From Camelus ferus (lineage: Eukaryota), in contig NC_045696.1 of assembly GCF_009834535.1 (NCBI RefSeq), positions 7,318,001-7,382,000 on the forward strand: a DNA stretch of 64,000 nucleotides, in the 5' to 3' direction. How positions within the stretch are numbered: the first letter of the stretch is position 1; each line of letters starts with the position of its first letter. The position numbers were made by a program, and so were the translations under genes. The notes beneath the pieces were generated by a model. That model was not told where the DNA came from. It ran no database searches and was given only the letters and a program-made list of their open reading frames with translations. Below are positions 1 to 12,439 of this stretch, in pieces.

Positions 1-686
1 TCCCATCAGAGGAGCACAAGTGGACCCAATTGTCTTCTGAGGTTGCAGCTAAACACACCTGCAACTTACTAGAAGATCTTTCATTTTAACCTTGATGATA
101 TAAAACTTCTGTACCCATCACTGAAGACACGTGGGATGTCCCGAAAGAGCCCCGAGCCAGGAGCCAGGAAACCTGGGTGCCGGTTCTGGCTCTGCTGCTA
201 ATTGGCAGGGTGATTTTTGGCCTCTACTTTGGTTTCCCCAGGGTCTTGGTTATTTCATCAGGAGGAAACTCATGTCAGTAAGTTCTTAGGTTCCTTTCAG
301 CAAGAAGATTCCGTGAGGCCTTTTCCACGGAGGGCACAAATAGCTGGCAAGCCCTTGCCTAATAATTATTGTTAGGTAACCTTCCCACGGCTTTATGACT
401 TTTCCACTCTTCACGTGTTATATATCTTTTTTTCTTTGCATTTGTAAAGGAGCAAAGTAAGAAACACATCACTGATATGTACTGAAGTTTTAAATATTGA
501 TTTTGACTGTGCAGTAATCAGAAAATTAACCTTAACATTTCATATATATACATATATATCTCTTTCAGCCACGAAAATGAGGAAATCAAGTCATTAACGT
601 AGGCAAATGAGAAGTGAGACTTTTGAGTTTCAGTGTCATTTCTTCCATCCTCTTCCAACCTCCAATTTCAAGATAAACCATGAAGA

Positions 687-833
687 GGGGGGAGGTTGTA
701 GCTCAGTGGTAGAGTGTATGTTTACCATGCACAAGGTCCTGGGTTCAATCCCCAGTGTCTCCTTTAATAAATAGACCTAATTACCACCCTCCAACAAATT
801 TAAAAAATAATAAGAAAATAAAATTTTTTTAAA
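687..833 (+). mobile_element. Vic-1-type tRNA-derived SINE
   Basis: GGGGAGG head, A box tagctcagtggtagag, B box gggttcaatccc, A-rich tail; TSD aagataaaccatgaaga (670-686) / aagattagccatgaaga (834-850). Confidence 0.88.
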
Positions 834-1589
834 AAGATTAGCCATGAAGAAGGTGACAGAGATTGCATGACATCCCAGTGTCCTGCTGTTCTTAAATAAA
901 GGAAGGATAAAATCCCTGTCTTCATAATGTAAAAAGGAGTATGCATTTATCCTTGATGTTTTAATGATTAACTTCTCAGATGCCAGCAAAAGCTGGGATG
1001 AAGTCTTTATGAGGAATAAAGGATGACGAAACACCAAAATCATAAAAATTAAAATTTCAGTGTTTATCCTGCTGTTCTTTGTATATTCACGTATCCTTCT
1101 GTATACACAATGCAAAGCAACTGAGCATAGGGAGCCCCAGTACATTTTGATAAAATGTGGATAAAGTTCAAATAGTAGGTCTCAGAAAGGTCTATAAATC
1201 TTCACTCTAATTAAACATATACCTGTTCTTCAAAATTTTAAAGATATGTCAAGAAAATTGTCCAGAAAGTTTAGATATAAAGTTTAGGTGTTAGTCAAAT
1301 CTCCAATCACTCAGCCATGGCAAGCACGATGATTACGTCATCAGAAAACATCCCCTTCTTGTCCTCCTGCCTCAGCCAGAAATGGAAAGTGAAATTCCTG
1401 GATGTGAAACAGGCCTGGGATAGAGGCCAGTGTCCTAGAGAAGCGAGAGTTACCCCAGCGAGGTGAAATCTCAGGAGCATCTGATAGCGTGTGGGTGAAT
1501 TGGATCAAAGATGGAACCCAGTGAATGATGAGCAAACAGTTTGGCAAATCTGGATGAAAGCGATAGAAAAGTAAGTTTCAAGCAAATGT

Positions 1590-1998
1590 TGAAATTAGAT
1601 CCTGCTGCAAAGGACAGAAAATTCAAAGTAACACCACGGTAAACATGATTTAAGAGTTTTCTCTAAACATCTGTATGAAGGGTGCCTCAATCAACAGGAA
1701 CCCAGGCTCCTTCCACCTTGTTGCCCACCATTCTCGACACGAAGCTTCACATTTTGGGCCAAGACAGCTCCTCAAGCCCCATCAAGGCAGCAAGAAGAAA
1801 GAAGGGGAAGAGAAAAGTTCCCCTCCACTTTTCAGAAGTGCAAATACCACTTCCACTTACATCCCATTGCCTTGAATTTAGTCACAAAGTCACAGCGATG
1901 CACAGGAGGTAGGGATTCTGGTGGAGGTTGGGTTTCCTGATTCTGGGAGCTTCGTGGTCAGTTAAGAATCAGGGTTCTATTACTGTAGAAGAGTGTGT
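1590..1998 (-). mobile_element. Old MaLR LTR (MLT1K/L-like), partial
   Basis: Motifs ccacttccacttacatcccattg and agggttctattactg, homologous to the LTR at 4360-5870; subfamily from recall. Confidence 0.55.
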
Positions 1999-1999
1999 C

Positions 2000-2590
2000 T
2001 GTGTAGTGAAGAATTTGACTTCACCCAAAGAGATGTCTGCTCTTTGCCTTCAGCTTCCAATAGGTCACCAGCTTCAATAGATGTGTCTTTGCTTAGACTG
2101 GGGCCTGGCTGTGGCAAAGTCTACGTGATTTAGGGGGATTTAGGGTGAGAGCTTTGGGTCCCTTGATATCAGTTCCACTTCAGGAGGGGCTTGGGGCTGA
2201 GATCAGCCATCCAGTAAGTCAGCATTACTACATGGTGGAGCCCCAATAAAAACTCTGGACTCCAAATTTGGGTGAATTTCTCCATTGTACATGTTGTACA
2301 TGGAGGCAGGAGAGAGATGCGGTCCATGACTACATGGGGAGAGGTCAGTGGAAGCTCCATGTTGGGTACTTTCCTGGACTCATCCCTCTGAGCTTCTTCC
2401 CTTGGCTGATTTTAAACTGTATCCTTTGGCTGTAAGAAACTATAACCCTGGGCAGAACAGGTTTCAGTGAGTTCCATGAGACTTGCCAATGAATTATTGA
2501 AACTGAGGGTGGTTTGGGGACTCCCCCAAACCTGTAATTGGTCTCAGATGTGAGAGAGGTTCTGTGTGGACTGTGCTGTCTTTAATTTCA
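2000..2590. mobile_element. MER21-like LTR
   Basis: Start tgtgtagtgaagaatttgacttcacccaaagagatgtctg; internal ccccaataaaaactctgga and cttcttcccttggctgattttaa resemble MER21 consensus. Confidence 0.75.
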
Positions 2591-2599
2591 GAGCCTCCC

Positions 2600-4359
2600 A
2601 ACCATTTCCTGATAACGGCACAGGGGAGCCAAAGGATAGGGCTGCTTGTGGCCAGAGACTCCACACGCTCCAACACTTAGCTGTTTGCCGTGAAAGTGAG
2701 GGTGCCCATGTCTGAGTACGTATGTAACTTATTCATGGCCTCCCAGCATCCTGCAAAGAAAGCTATTCTGCTCTAGAAGAAGAATGCTGGAAGAGGAAAG
2801 AAAACTGCCACAAAAGCAAACATGGCCTTTCAGCCACCCACATCTGTCCACCTCTCTCTGCCCACACACATCTAGGTATATACCTTTCCCCAGAGCAACA
2901 ACTCCGAAGTCCCTCCAGCTCAGAAATCTGCATTGTGGGGGGTATACAGAGCTCTCCATCCGTCCAGAGGGGCTCCTGTGGTCTGGAAATTCACAAACTA
3001 AAATTTACCTACTTCAAAATGAGCAATATATACAATAGTGTAGCAGGAAAAAATAGTTACAGTAAAAACTCTCATTTGGAAAAGGGGTTCATGGAAAACA
3101 CCTGGAAGTTCTTGGCCTGTAGCAGTGACCCAATCCTATGGGAACAGGAGTGGTGAGGACCCCTTCACTGCCAACAGAGTAGATTCCTTGGTCAGCCCAT
3201 CGGAACACCTCCAGCTCTGGAACAAAGCCTCTTGTTCCTTATCCTTCTGGCTCTGCTTTGCAGGAGGACTTCCCCGTCCCTCATCTTCCAAAGCCACATC
3301 AGAAGTGAGCATCGGAGGGAATACACTTCTTAGGAGCTACACTGATACCAGGTCCTAGGAGTTGCTTTACAAGTTGTTGAGTAACCTGCATTTGTAAGCC
3401 AGTTTGTGGTTTCCTTAACAATATAATTAATACTCCCACAAATACAGAAAGCTTCTGGTATGTTTGTTTCTGGTGTGTCCCATTTTAGGGTTGCCAGATC
3501 GAGCAAATTAAAAAAATCAGAAGACACAGGATTCCCAGTTAAACCTGAATTTCAGATAAACAATGAAAAATTCTTTAGAATTTAAATGCTTGAGACATGC
3601 TTACCCTAAAAAAAGTATTAGTTTATCTGAAATTCAAATTGACCTGGGCATCCTGTGTTTTCTTTGGCAGCCCTATTCTATGTTCAGCTAACCAGAGCCC
3701 AAACACTTGCCTAGACAGTTTTTGTCTGAAGACTTCGATCTTTTAGCCACTGGGCACTATGCTTCTCTTCAATTTAATACCTTGAGGACCCATGGAATGA
3801 GGGCTCAGTTGGGCAGGTAACACCCTTACACTAATGGTTACTCTGGACTGGCTCTCACCCTCTGGCAGAAAAATTGAAATATGAAGCCATTTGTAAAACT
3901 TGGAGACCTCAGCAAAACCATCTTCCCAGGCTGCCATTGTTTGGGATATGGCAGAAGACCTCAGATTATCAGTTTAACAGTCAAATTAAATTGTAGACTC
4001 CAGGCAGAGAGGGTTTCCTGGGCACAACAACATTCCATATTCTGTTTCCACACTGCCTGGATTTTTCCCCGAGTTCACCTCTCTGGGGCTTTGCTGATAA
4101 AGAAGTGATAAGGAAGCAGCCACATGTGCCCCGAATTCTGAATTTTTCCAATCATTTTTTCCTAATGCTCAGCCTTGGTTGGCAGGTAGTATGCCTTCTA
4201 AAGTAACACTGGGAACATGCCACCAAATATCTCGTTGCCACAGACCCGTGGCTGTCATTTTTCCTGCCTGCAATATCCGAGTCCTCACCATCCAACCACT
4301 AAGTCAGTGCCACCACTTAGGTTCTACCACATACATCTTCCCACTTACAGACACCACAC
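2600..4359 (-). mobile_element. MaLR internal (MLT1-int-like) sequence
   Basis: Lies between two related MLT1 LTRs; junction gccaccacttaggttc...cccacttacagacaccacac|tgtgtattagtt resembles the MLT1-int/LTR boundary. Confidence 0.5.
3486..3675. mobile_element. MER53 palindromic MITE (hAT-like)
   Basis: TIRs tagggttgcca...tggcagcccta and internal inverted repeat tgaatttcagataaac / gtttatctgaaattca. Confidence 0.88.
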
Positions 4360-4429
4360 TGTGTATTAGTTACGACTGGAGTCAGCTGTGACGTGTCAGA
4401 GATTGCAAAGTAATAGTCACTTCAGCAAG

Positions 4430-5256
4430 TGTATGTTTCCCATTGCTACTGTAACCGATTACCACAATGTTCCCGGCTTAAAACAACACAAATGCACTCT
4501 TACAGGTCTAGAGGTCAAAGGTGTGAAGTGAGACTTCTAGAATGAAAATGAAGGGTCATCAAGGCTGTGTTCCTTCTGGAGGCTCCAGGGGAGAGTCTGT
4601 TTCCTTGCCTTTTCCAGTTTCTGGAGGCATTCTAGAACCTGCATTCTTTGGCTATGGCTCCACTTTCTATTTTCAAGGTGCATCCTTCCAATCTCTGCTG
4701 CTTCCACGATCACATCTCCTTTTTCTGGCTCGTACATTCCTACTCCCTCTTCTAAGGACCCCTTTAACTACATTTAGCCCACCTGAAGAATCCAGGATAA
4801 TCCTCCCCTCTAAAGACCCTTAACTTAATTACATCTGCAGTCTCTTAAAAAAATTTTTTTTTAATTTAATTAATTTTTAACTGAAGTATAGTCAGTTACA
4901 GTGTTGTATCACTTTCTGGTGTACAGCACAATAGTTCAGTCATACAAGAACATACATATATTCCTTTTCATATTCTTTTTCATTATAAGATATTGACTAT
5001 AGTTCCCTGTGCTATACAGTAGGATCTTGTTGTTTATCTATTTTATATATAATAGTTAGAGTCTGCAAATCTCAAACTCCCAGTTTATCCCTTCCCACCG
5101 TCTTCCCCGCCCTGGTAATCGTAAGTTTGTTTTCTGTCTGTGAGTCTGTTGCAAAGTCTCTTTGTAAGGTAACACATTCACAGTTTCCAGGGATTTGGAT
5201 GTAGACGTCTTTTTTTTTTTTTTAGGGGGGGCGGTGGTATTATTCTGTCTGTCACA
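4430..5256 (-). mobile_element. MLT1C-like LTR containing an L1 3' fragment (about 4848-5150)
   Basis: ggcttaaaacaacacaaat, ctggaggctccaggggagag, taaggtaacacattcacagtttccagggatt; L1 tail ctgaagtatagtcagttaca...tctgtgagtctgtt. Confidence 0.75.
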
Positions 5257-5489
5257 ACAAAAGAGAAGTTTATTTCTCTCTCACATACGTGTGGGCAGTC
5301 AAGGCCAGTATGGGGGGGTCCATGATCGTGAAGAGCTCAGGCTCTTTCCACTTGCCCCATCTTCCATCCTCAGCAAGTAGTCTCCATCGCAAAGTCCAAG
5401 AGGACTCCTCAAAGTGCAGCCAACCCATCCAAATTCTAACCAGTGGTGGGAGGGAGCGGGGGAAAGAAAGACTCGAACTTTTTCCTTTC

Positions 5490-5633
5490 TTTTTAAATTT
5501 AAAATAAAATTTTTGTGGTGGGGGAGGTATTTAGGTTTATTTATTTGTTTATTTCTATAGGCAGTACTGGGGGTTGAACGCAGAACCTTATGTATGCTAA
5601 GCATGTGCTCTACCACTTGAGGTATACCTGCCC
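5490..5633 (-). mobile_element. Vic-1-type SINE
   Basis: Reverse complement of the SINE head: gtactgggggttgaac...gcatgtgctctaccacttgag. Confidence 0.85.
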
Positions 5634-6637
5634 TCCTGCACCTTCTCTTTAGAGATACTTCCTGGGAGTAGCATACCTGGCTTCTATTAACTTCCTATTG
5701 GCCAGAACATAGTCATATGGCCTTGTGTGGCCATGTGACTCACAAGGGCAATGGGGAAATGTAGGAATTCTTCTGGGCAGCCACATGCATGCCAGCTAAA
5801 AAAAAATTGGAGTTTCTACTACTACAGAGAAATGGGAGGACATCTTCTGGGGGGCATCTAGCATTCCCTCCAGAGTTCCTGAGGAAATCTCTGAGATTAC
5901 ATGTACATTTTCAGAGAAAGAATTTAATTCACATGCAAGTGTGCTGAGGGCCAGGAGACAGGCAGTTTTTCCTAATTGGTACTAGTCTCATCCAGATCTT
6001 TGGAATAATGCAGCAAGCAACCTCTGTGAAGCACAGAGACCAACGTTCCCTTAAAAAAAAAAATCCGAGACAGTCACGTAAATACCTCCCAGGCGAGAAC
6101 ATGAAATGGAAGTTTGATGATTCCAGACATAAACAGAGGCGTTTTCCCTCCAGAAGCTTTGAGTGTATGGAATGATCTCTTGGTCACCAGTGAACAGATC
6201 ACTTGAGTGCTTACTGAATGGGGGCATGGCATCTCTGAGAGGAAGGGGAGTTCCAGGCCATGGGGACCCAGGAAGTGGGCACTCTTCCCTGTGCTGAACA
6301 TAAGTTTCATGAAGGCCCCATGGACATACCTGATAGGAATAGGGGTTTGGGTGAGACATGGGGCCCTGACCCCTCATCTGTAGGGAGAACCCTTCTCACT
6401 CTCCCAACTCACATCCCTTCAGTATCAAATCACCTCGGGGCCAGCTCCTAAAATGTTCTCTGCTGGCCCACTTCCTTCCATCCTACGTCATTACTAAGAT
6501 CATTGTCCTGTTACTATTGTCTCTTGCTAAGATTACGACAAACATCTCCTGAGACGTTTAGTGAGATGTTACTCTCCAATGTATTCTGCACGTTGCTGAC
6601 AGAAGGCTCTTTCTAAAATGCAAAGCTGATCACCTCT

Positions 6638-6778
6638 TGTTATAGGTTGAATCGTGTCCCTCCAAAGAAGATGTTACAGTCCTAATCCCTAGTACCTCAG
6701 AACGTGACTTTACTTGGAGATAGGGTCTTAACTGAGATAATGAGGTAAAATGAGGTCATTAGAGTGAGTGAGCCCTAA
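6638..6778 (+). mobile_element. MLT1A/B-like LTR 5' fragment within an L2 remnant
   Basis: tgttataggttgaatcgtgtccc...agtacctcagaacgtgac...aaaatgaggtcattag. Confidence 0.75.
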
Positions 6779-7439
6779 AACAACTCTTCACAATCTACTG
6801 GAATTCCTTGTTCAGTCACCTCTCTTCCCTCTAGGCTGGAAACTACATGAAGGGAAGACTATATCTATGTTGTTCTCCAGTGAGTCTTTAGGATTTAGCA
6901 TAATGTATAATTGGCACCCAGTAAGTGGATGTGAGACAACTGACCAACTTATATATTACTTAACTTAAAGCGACTCCATCTTGGACTTCAGTTACAAAAG
7001 ACAATATATGTGTTTGGTTTAAGATCATTGAAATCACTTTCTGGCTCTTGTGATTGAAAGAATCCTGACTCTACCCTGACCAATTCTGCTTTCCTCTTTT
7101 TAAATTTAATGGTAACTATTTTAAAAATTTTAATAATAAATAGTTAAATTTTATAGTAAATATTTTCAAAATAATGCATATTTTTTAGAAGAATGAAAAA
7201 GAACAAAAGGTTCCCATAGTCCTATCACCCCAGTACAGACAATGTTAATATTTGGTGGGCATTTGTTTTTCTGCTAGGCTTTCTGTAATTTTTTTGTTTA
7301 AGAGGCTTATGTTGCCTGTGATTTCTTTGTGTGTTTGCCTGTTTTTCACAGCTGTAATCACATTATAGTTAAAATTCTTTTAAAATTTTTATTTTAACAC
7401 AACCATTTTCTATGATCTCCATTACTATATTATTTAGCT

Positions 7440-8090
7440 TTTGAAGTTGACTTATGGAATTATAATTTATATAAAACACACCCATCATATATATACACAG
7501 TTGATGAGTTTTAACAAATGAATAACCTGTGTAACTCTCTCTCACTCAAGATATATTATTTCATCTTAAAAAATACCCTCCTGAATCTCTGTAGTCTGTT
7601 CCCTAATTGTCTCACAGGTGTCCACTGATCCATTTTATGTCACTATTGATTAGTTTTGCCTGCTTGAAACTTAATATTAAGTATGTAGTCTTCTGGCTAG
7701 CTGCTTCTGCTCAGCATGTCTTGAGAGTCATCCACGCTGTTGTACCTATCAGTAGCTTGTTTCTTTGCATTAAGTAGTGTTCTGTTGTGTGGCTACACTA
7801 CTATTTGTTTATCCATTCACTTGATGAATATTTGGGTTTCTCAGTTTTTGTCTATTATGAATAATCCTACTATGAACATACAAGTCTTTGTGTGGACATA
7901 GTTTTTCATGATCTTGGGTAAACACCTAGGAGTGATCGTGCTAAGCCAAATCGTAAGTGTATGTTGAACTTTCTGCCAAACTGTTTGAAACCGCCAGACT
8001 GTTTTCCAAAATGGCTGTTTCATCTTGCAGTCCCATCAGTAAGTGGTATCATCAAACTCTTTCATTTTAGCCATGCAAGTGGTGTGTAGC
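7440..8090 (-). mobile_element. Old L1 (L1MB/ME-like) 3' region
   Basis: Minus-strand ORF 7841..8023 gives degenerate ORF2 C-terminal peptides (QPFWKTVWRF, KTCMFI). Confidence 0.8.
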
Positions 8091-8441
8091 ATTCATTTTT
8101 TTCAGAAGAATTTTAACATGATTTCCTTAAATTTCCTCATTAAAAATTATATCAAGAGGAATTAATTAAGCCTAAAAATTAATTTTATAAGACTGGACAT
8201 TTAGAAGTATTTAGATTTCCTATTCTGAAATACTATATGGCCCTCCATTTTTCATAATTCATATATAGATATGTATATTTTACTATCTGGTCTTGATCTG
8301 ATTTTTTAGCAAATAGAGTTGTGAATACTCTTTGTCCTTTCAAGTTACCATCATCCTCAAAAGAAGGAATTTACGCACAGTACCTAAATAAACAAAAGTG
8401 ATTTCTTTTTCAGGTTTCTGTTAGCTAAAGCTGTTTCCCTT

Positions 8442-8705
8442 CTTTTTTTTTTTTTTTTTTAATTTTTACTGAAGTATAGTCAGTTTACAGTGTTGTGTCA
8501 ATTTCTGGCCTACAGCATAATACTCCAGTCATACATGAACATACATATATTCATTTTCATATTCTCTTTCACCATAAGTTACTACAAGATATTGAATATA
8601 GTTCCCTGTGTTATGCAGTATAAACTTGTTGTTTATCTATTTTTTATATATTAGTTAGTATCTGCAAATCTCGTAATCCCAATTTATCCCTTCCCAACCC
8701 CTTCC
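8442..8705 (-). mobile_element. Younger L1 3' end with poly(A)
   Basis: T19 run then actgaagtatagtcagtttacag...atctgcaaatctcg, near-identical to other L1 tails in the window. Confidence 0.85.
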
Positions 8706-10857
8706 ATAATTCACATATCTTAATTCACCCTTCTACTTTTATTCATGTAACTCAAACATTTATTACATTCAAATTACTCCAAGTATTTTATATTTTTATT
8801 GCTATTGAGAAGACAATCCCTATTTTCATTTTATTTTCTAATTGTTTATTGCCGTTAAATAGAAATGCATATTGATTTTTGTACATGTAGCTGTTTTAAA
8901 ATTTATAGGCACAATGTATAAATGGCCAAAAAAGTAGCAGTCTTCATTTCTCTATAAATTAACCCAGTTTAGCTCTCCCACAATCATTTCTGCTAATGGT
9001 GGTGAGAAAAAAAATCAATCTTACTATTTAATTGTAACTCAGTTGATAATGTTTTACCTTCTCCTTTCACATCCCCAATCTCCTTCTTGCTCTCCTCTGC
9101 AGTTTTCTACCTGGGATGGGAGAGGCATGTGGTTTGAAAACGCCAGGTACCTTGGCCAACGTCCCAGCTGGAGTAATTTGCAGTCCATTTCAGCAAAGGC
9201 AACGCCACGCTGGAGGGATTCTAGAGGAAGCTTGAGCTGTCTCCATTGATGACTTAGCCCACAGCTCACCTTGCTGCATCTTCTAATCCTCTGCTCCTTC
9301 ATGCTCACTCAATCTCTAATCTCTCTGAGTTTTCTATCATTTTCTAGAGCCCTGCCCATCCCTGTTCCCAAGTGGGCTGTTGACTCCAGAGTACAGGCAG
9401 CCAGACATCACCACAGGATCTTTTTTGCTCCATTCTCTCTTCGTACTTCTTTGTCTAAAGCAGATACATGTCATATCTTTGGAAAAGTGCTCTTTATCAC
9501 ACATCTTGTGATTCAGGGCATAAATTTGATGAAGGGAGTGTTGGGGGGCACCTACTAGGAATTACAAGACATAAAAAATACTTTAGCTAATGGTTTAAAA
9601 ATATTATCCTACTGCATATATTTATCTTGTCTTCTTCTACTATGGAATTCAAAGATACACACAAAGCAGAGAGATAGTATAATACAGCTCCATGTCCCCA
9701 TCACCCAGCTTCGATAATTCTCAACATCTGTTTCAACACTCATCCTGCCCAACCACAACTCCTCCCTTCCTCCTTCTCCCCCTGGAGTTACTTTGTAGCA
9801 AATCCCAGATTTCATATCATTTCATTCTGGCCAAATTTTCAAACCCTTTTACTAATTATTTTTCAGAAGATTCTTCCTCTGGCCGTATCCCATAGGTTTT
9901 GAAATGAAGCAGTCATATCTTGCTATTTTATTTATTCCTTGACCGAATGTATTTGGGAAAGCATGACTTAACCACCAAGTGGTTAAAATTTTGGTGGTTA
10001 AAGTACCTGGACTATATACTTAGTTAATTGGCTTTGAGAGTTTCTTTGTGGCCTACTATACGATCAATGCTTATAAAGGCATCATGAACATTTGAAAAGG
10101 TGAACTCCCAGTGATTCCATCTTATTTGTTAATTGCATCTCTTAGTTATTTTGTTAAAATCCTCTCTGTCTTTATTTCTTTATCTATTTGATCTCTGATA
10201 GAGTATGTTGTGTTAAAATATTTTACTTATTGTATCTGTCCATTTATCTTTATATGTCTAAGTATTTTTGTTGTATATATTTTGTTCCTATGTTACAGGT
10301 TGAATTGTGTTCCCACCAAATTCACACGTTGAAGTTCTAACCCTCAACACCTCAGAATGTGACAGAATTTGGAAATAGGGTCTTTATAGAGGTCATCAAG
10401 TTAAAATGAGGTCATTAGTGCGGGCCCTAACACACTGGATACTATGACTGGTGTCTTTACAAAAAGGAAAAATTTGATATGATATCACTTATATATGGAC
10501 TCTGAAAAAAAGATTCAATCAACTTATTTAAAAAACAGAAACAGACTCACAGACAGAAAAGAAACCTATGGTAACCAAAAGGGAAAGGGGCAGGAGGGAT
10601 AAATTAGGAGTTTGGGATTTTCAGACACTAACTACTATATTTAAAATAGATAAACAACAAGGTCCTAATGTATAGCAAAGAGAACTACATTTAATATCTT
10701 GTAATAACCTATAATGAAAAAGAAAATATATATGTATAATTGAATCACTATGCTGTATACCAGAAACAAAAACAATGTTGTAAATCAACTAAACTTCAAT
10801 TTTAACAATTTATTTATTTATTTAACAATAAATAAATAAATAAATAAATAAATTCTT

Positions 10858-11867
10858 ATGCAAATCAAAACTACAATGAGGTATCACCTCACACCAGTCA
10901 GAATGGCCATCACTAAAAAGTTCACAAAAATAAATGCTGGAGAGGGTGTGGAAAAAAGGGAACCCTCCTACACTATTGATGGGAATGTAGTTTGGTGCAG
11001 CCATTATGGAAAACAGTATGGAGATTTCTCAAAAAACTAAAATTAGACTTACCATATGACCTGGCAATCCCACTCCTGGGCATATATCCAGCAGGAACTC
11101 TAATTCAAAAAGACACTTATACCCCAATGTTCATAGCAGCACTATTTACAGAAGCTAAGACACGGAAACAATATAAATGTCCATCGACAGATTACTGGAT
11201 AAAGAAACTGTGGTATATTTATACAGTGGAATACTACTCAGCCATAAAAATAATGCCATTTGCAGCAACATGGATGTCCCTGGAGATCGTCATTCTAAGT
11301 GAAGTAAGCCAGAAAGAGAAAGAAAAATACAATATGATATCACTCATTTGTGGAATCTAACAACAACAAAAAAAGACACAAATGAATTTATTTACAAAAC
11401 AGAAAGAGACTCACAGACATAGAAAACAAACTTATGGTTACTGGGGCGGGGGGGGAAGAGAGTGGGAAGGGATACACTGGGAGTTCGAGATATGCAGATA
11501 CTAACTACTAAACATAAAATAGATAAACAAATATCTACTGTACAGCATAGGGAAGTATATTCAATATCTTGGTAACCTGTAATGAAAAAGAATATGGGGG
11601 GAAGGGTAGAGTTCAAGTGGTAGAGCTCATTCTCAGCATGCAGGAGGCCCTGAGTTCATCCCCAGTACCTCCAGTGAAAATAAATAAATAAAACCAATTA
11701 TCTCCTCACCCAAAAAAGTCAAAAAACAAACATAAAAAAGAATATGAAAAGGAATATATGTATGTATATGTATGACTGAAACATTATGCTGTACACCAGA
11801 AATTGACACAACACTGTAAACTGAATATACTTCAATAAAAAATAAAATTAAATTTAAAAAAATTTAA
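10858..11867 (+). mobile_element. Inner 5'-truncated L1 with dead ORF2 C-terminus
   Basis: MQIKTTMRYHLTPVRMA and [15 protein letters not shown]...MFIAALF peptides; frameshift near 10927 and TGA in the HCWW motif; perfect 12-bp TSD aaataaattctt (10846-10857 / 11868-11879). Confidence 0.92.
11597..11734 (+). mobile_element. Vic-1-type SINE nested in the L1 3'UTR
   Basis: Perfect TSD aaaaagaatatg (11585-11596 / 11735-11746). Confidence 0.9.
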
Positions 11868-12439
11868 AAATAAATTCTTGTTGAAGAACTGACCAAAAAA
11901 AAAAAAAAAAAGCAAAATTTGGAGACAGACACACATCCAGGGAGAATGCCATGTGAAGATGAAGACACACAAAAAGAAGACAACGTGAAGAGACTCAGGG
12001 AGAAGACAGCCATCTGCAAGTCAAGGAGAGAGGCCTGGAACTGAACCTTCCCTCACGGCCCTCCAAAGGAGCCAACCCTGCTGACACCTTGTTTCCAGAC
12101 TTCCAGCCTTCAGAACCAAACAAGAAAGAATAATTTTCTGTTGTTTAAAGCCACGTGGTCTGTGGTACTGTACCTTGTTACAAGCCGCCCCAGTAAACGA
12201 ATACCCTATACAATTCTACCACAGTTTTAATATAGTGCCTTCACTATCAATTGATAAATGACCCCTCAATTCCTTTCTTTCAAATCACCTTTGACTGTAA
12301 CATTGTCCCCCTGCATGGCATTCACATTAGTTTGGCAGTCCTTTGCTCAGTCTTTTCATTAAGATCCCGTGCCTCTGTGCTAGAACCCCAGGCCTCTGTT
12401 GTGGACACATATGTAGCATGATGACTGGTGATTGATTGC

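Larger units (their letters stand above)
4360..5870 (-). mobile_element. Old MaLR LTR (MLT1K/L-like) interrupted by an MLT1C-like LTR, L1 and Vic-1
   Basis: tgtgtattagtt start, resumes at agaagtttatttctctctcacata (about 5264) and ctattggccagaacatagtcatatggcc (about 5696). Confidence 0.6.
10477..11911 (+). mobile_element. Outer 5'-truncated L1 3' end (interrupted by a second L1)
   Basis: L1 3'UTR motifs at 10477-10800; poly(A) 11895-11911; imperfect TSD aaaaaggaaaaatttg / aaaaagcaaaatttg. Confidence 0.8.
10291..12205 (+). mobile_element. MLT1A/B-like LTR split by nested L1/SINE insertions
   Basis: 5' half 10291-10476 (tgttacaggttgaattgtgttccc...gactggtgtcttta); 3' half 11912-12205 (ggagacagacacac...gacttccagcct...aaacgaatac). 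Confidence 0.85.

Noticed and set aside
687..765. tRNA gene (A and B boxes, here and at eight other sites)
   Set aside because: All have A-rich tails, most have TSDs, and the stems are broken; these are tRNA-derived SINEs.
10858..11360. Functional reverse transcriptase gene
   Set aside because: Only the L1 ORF2 C-terminus, with a frameshift and a stop codon.
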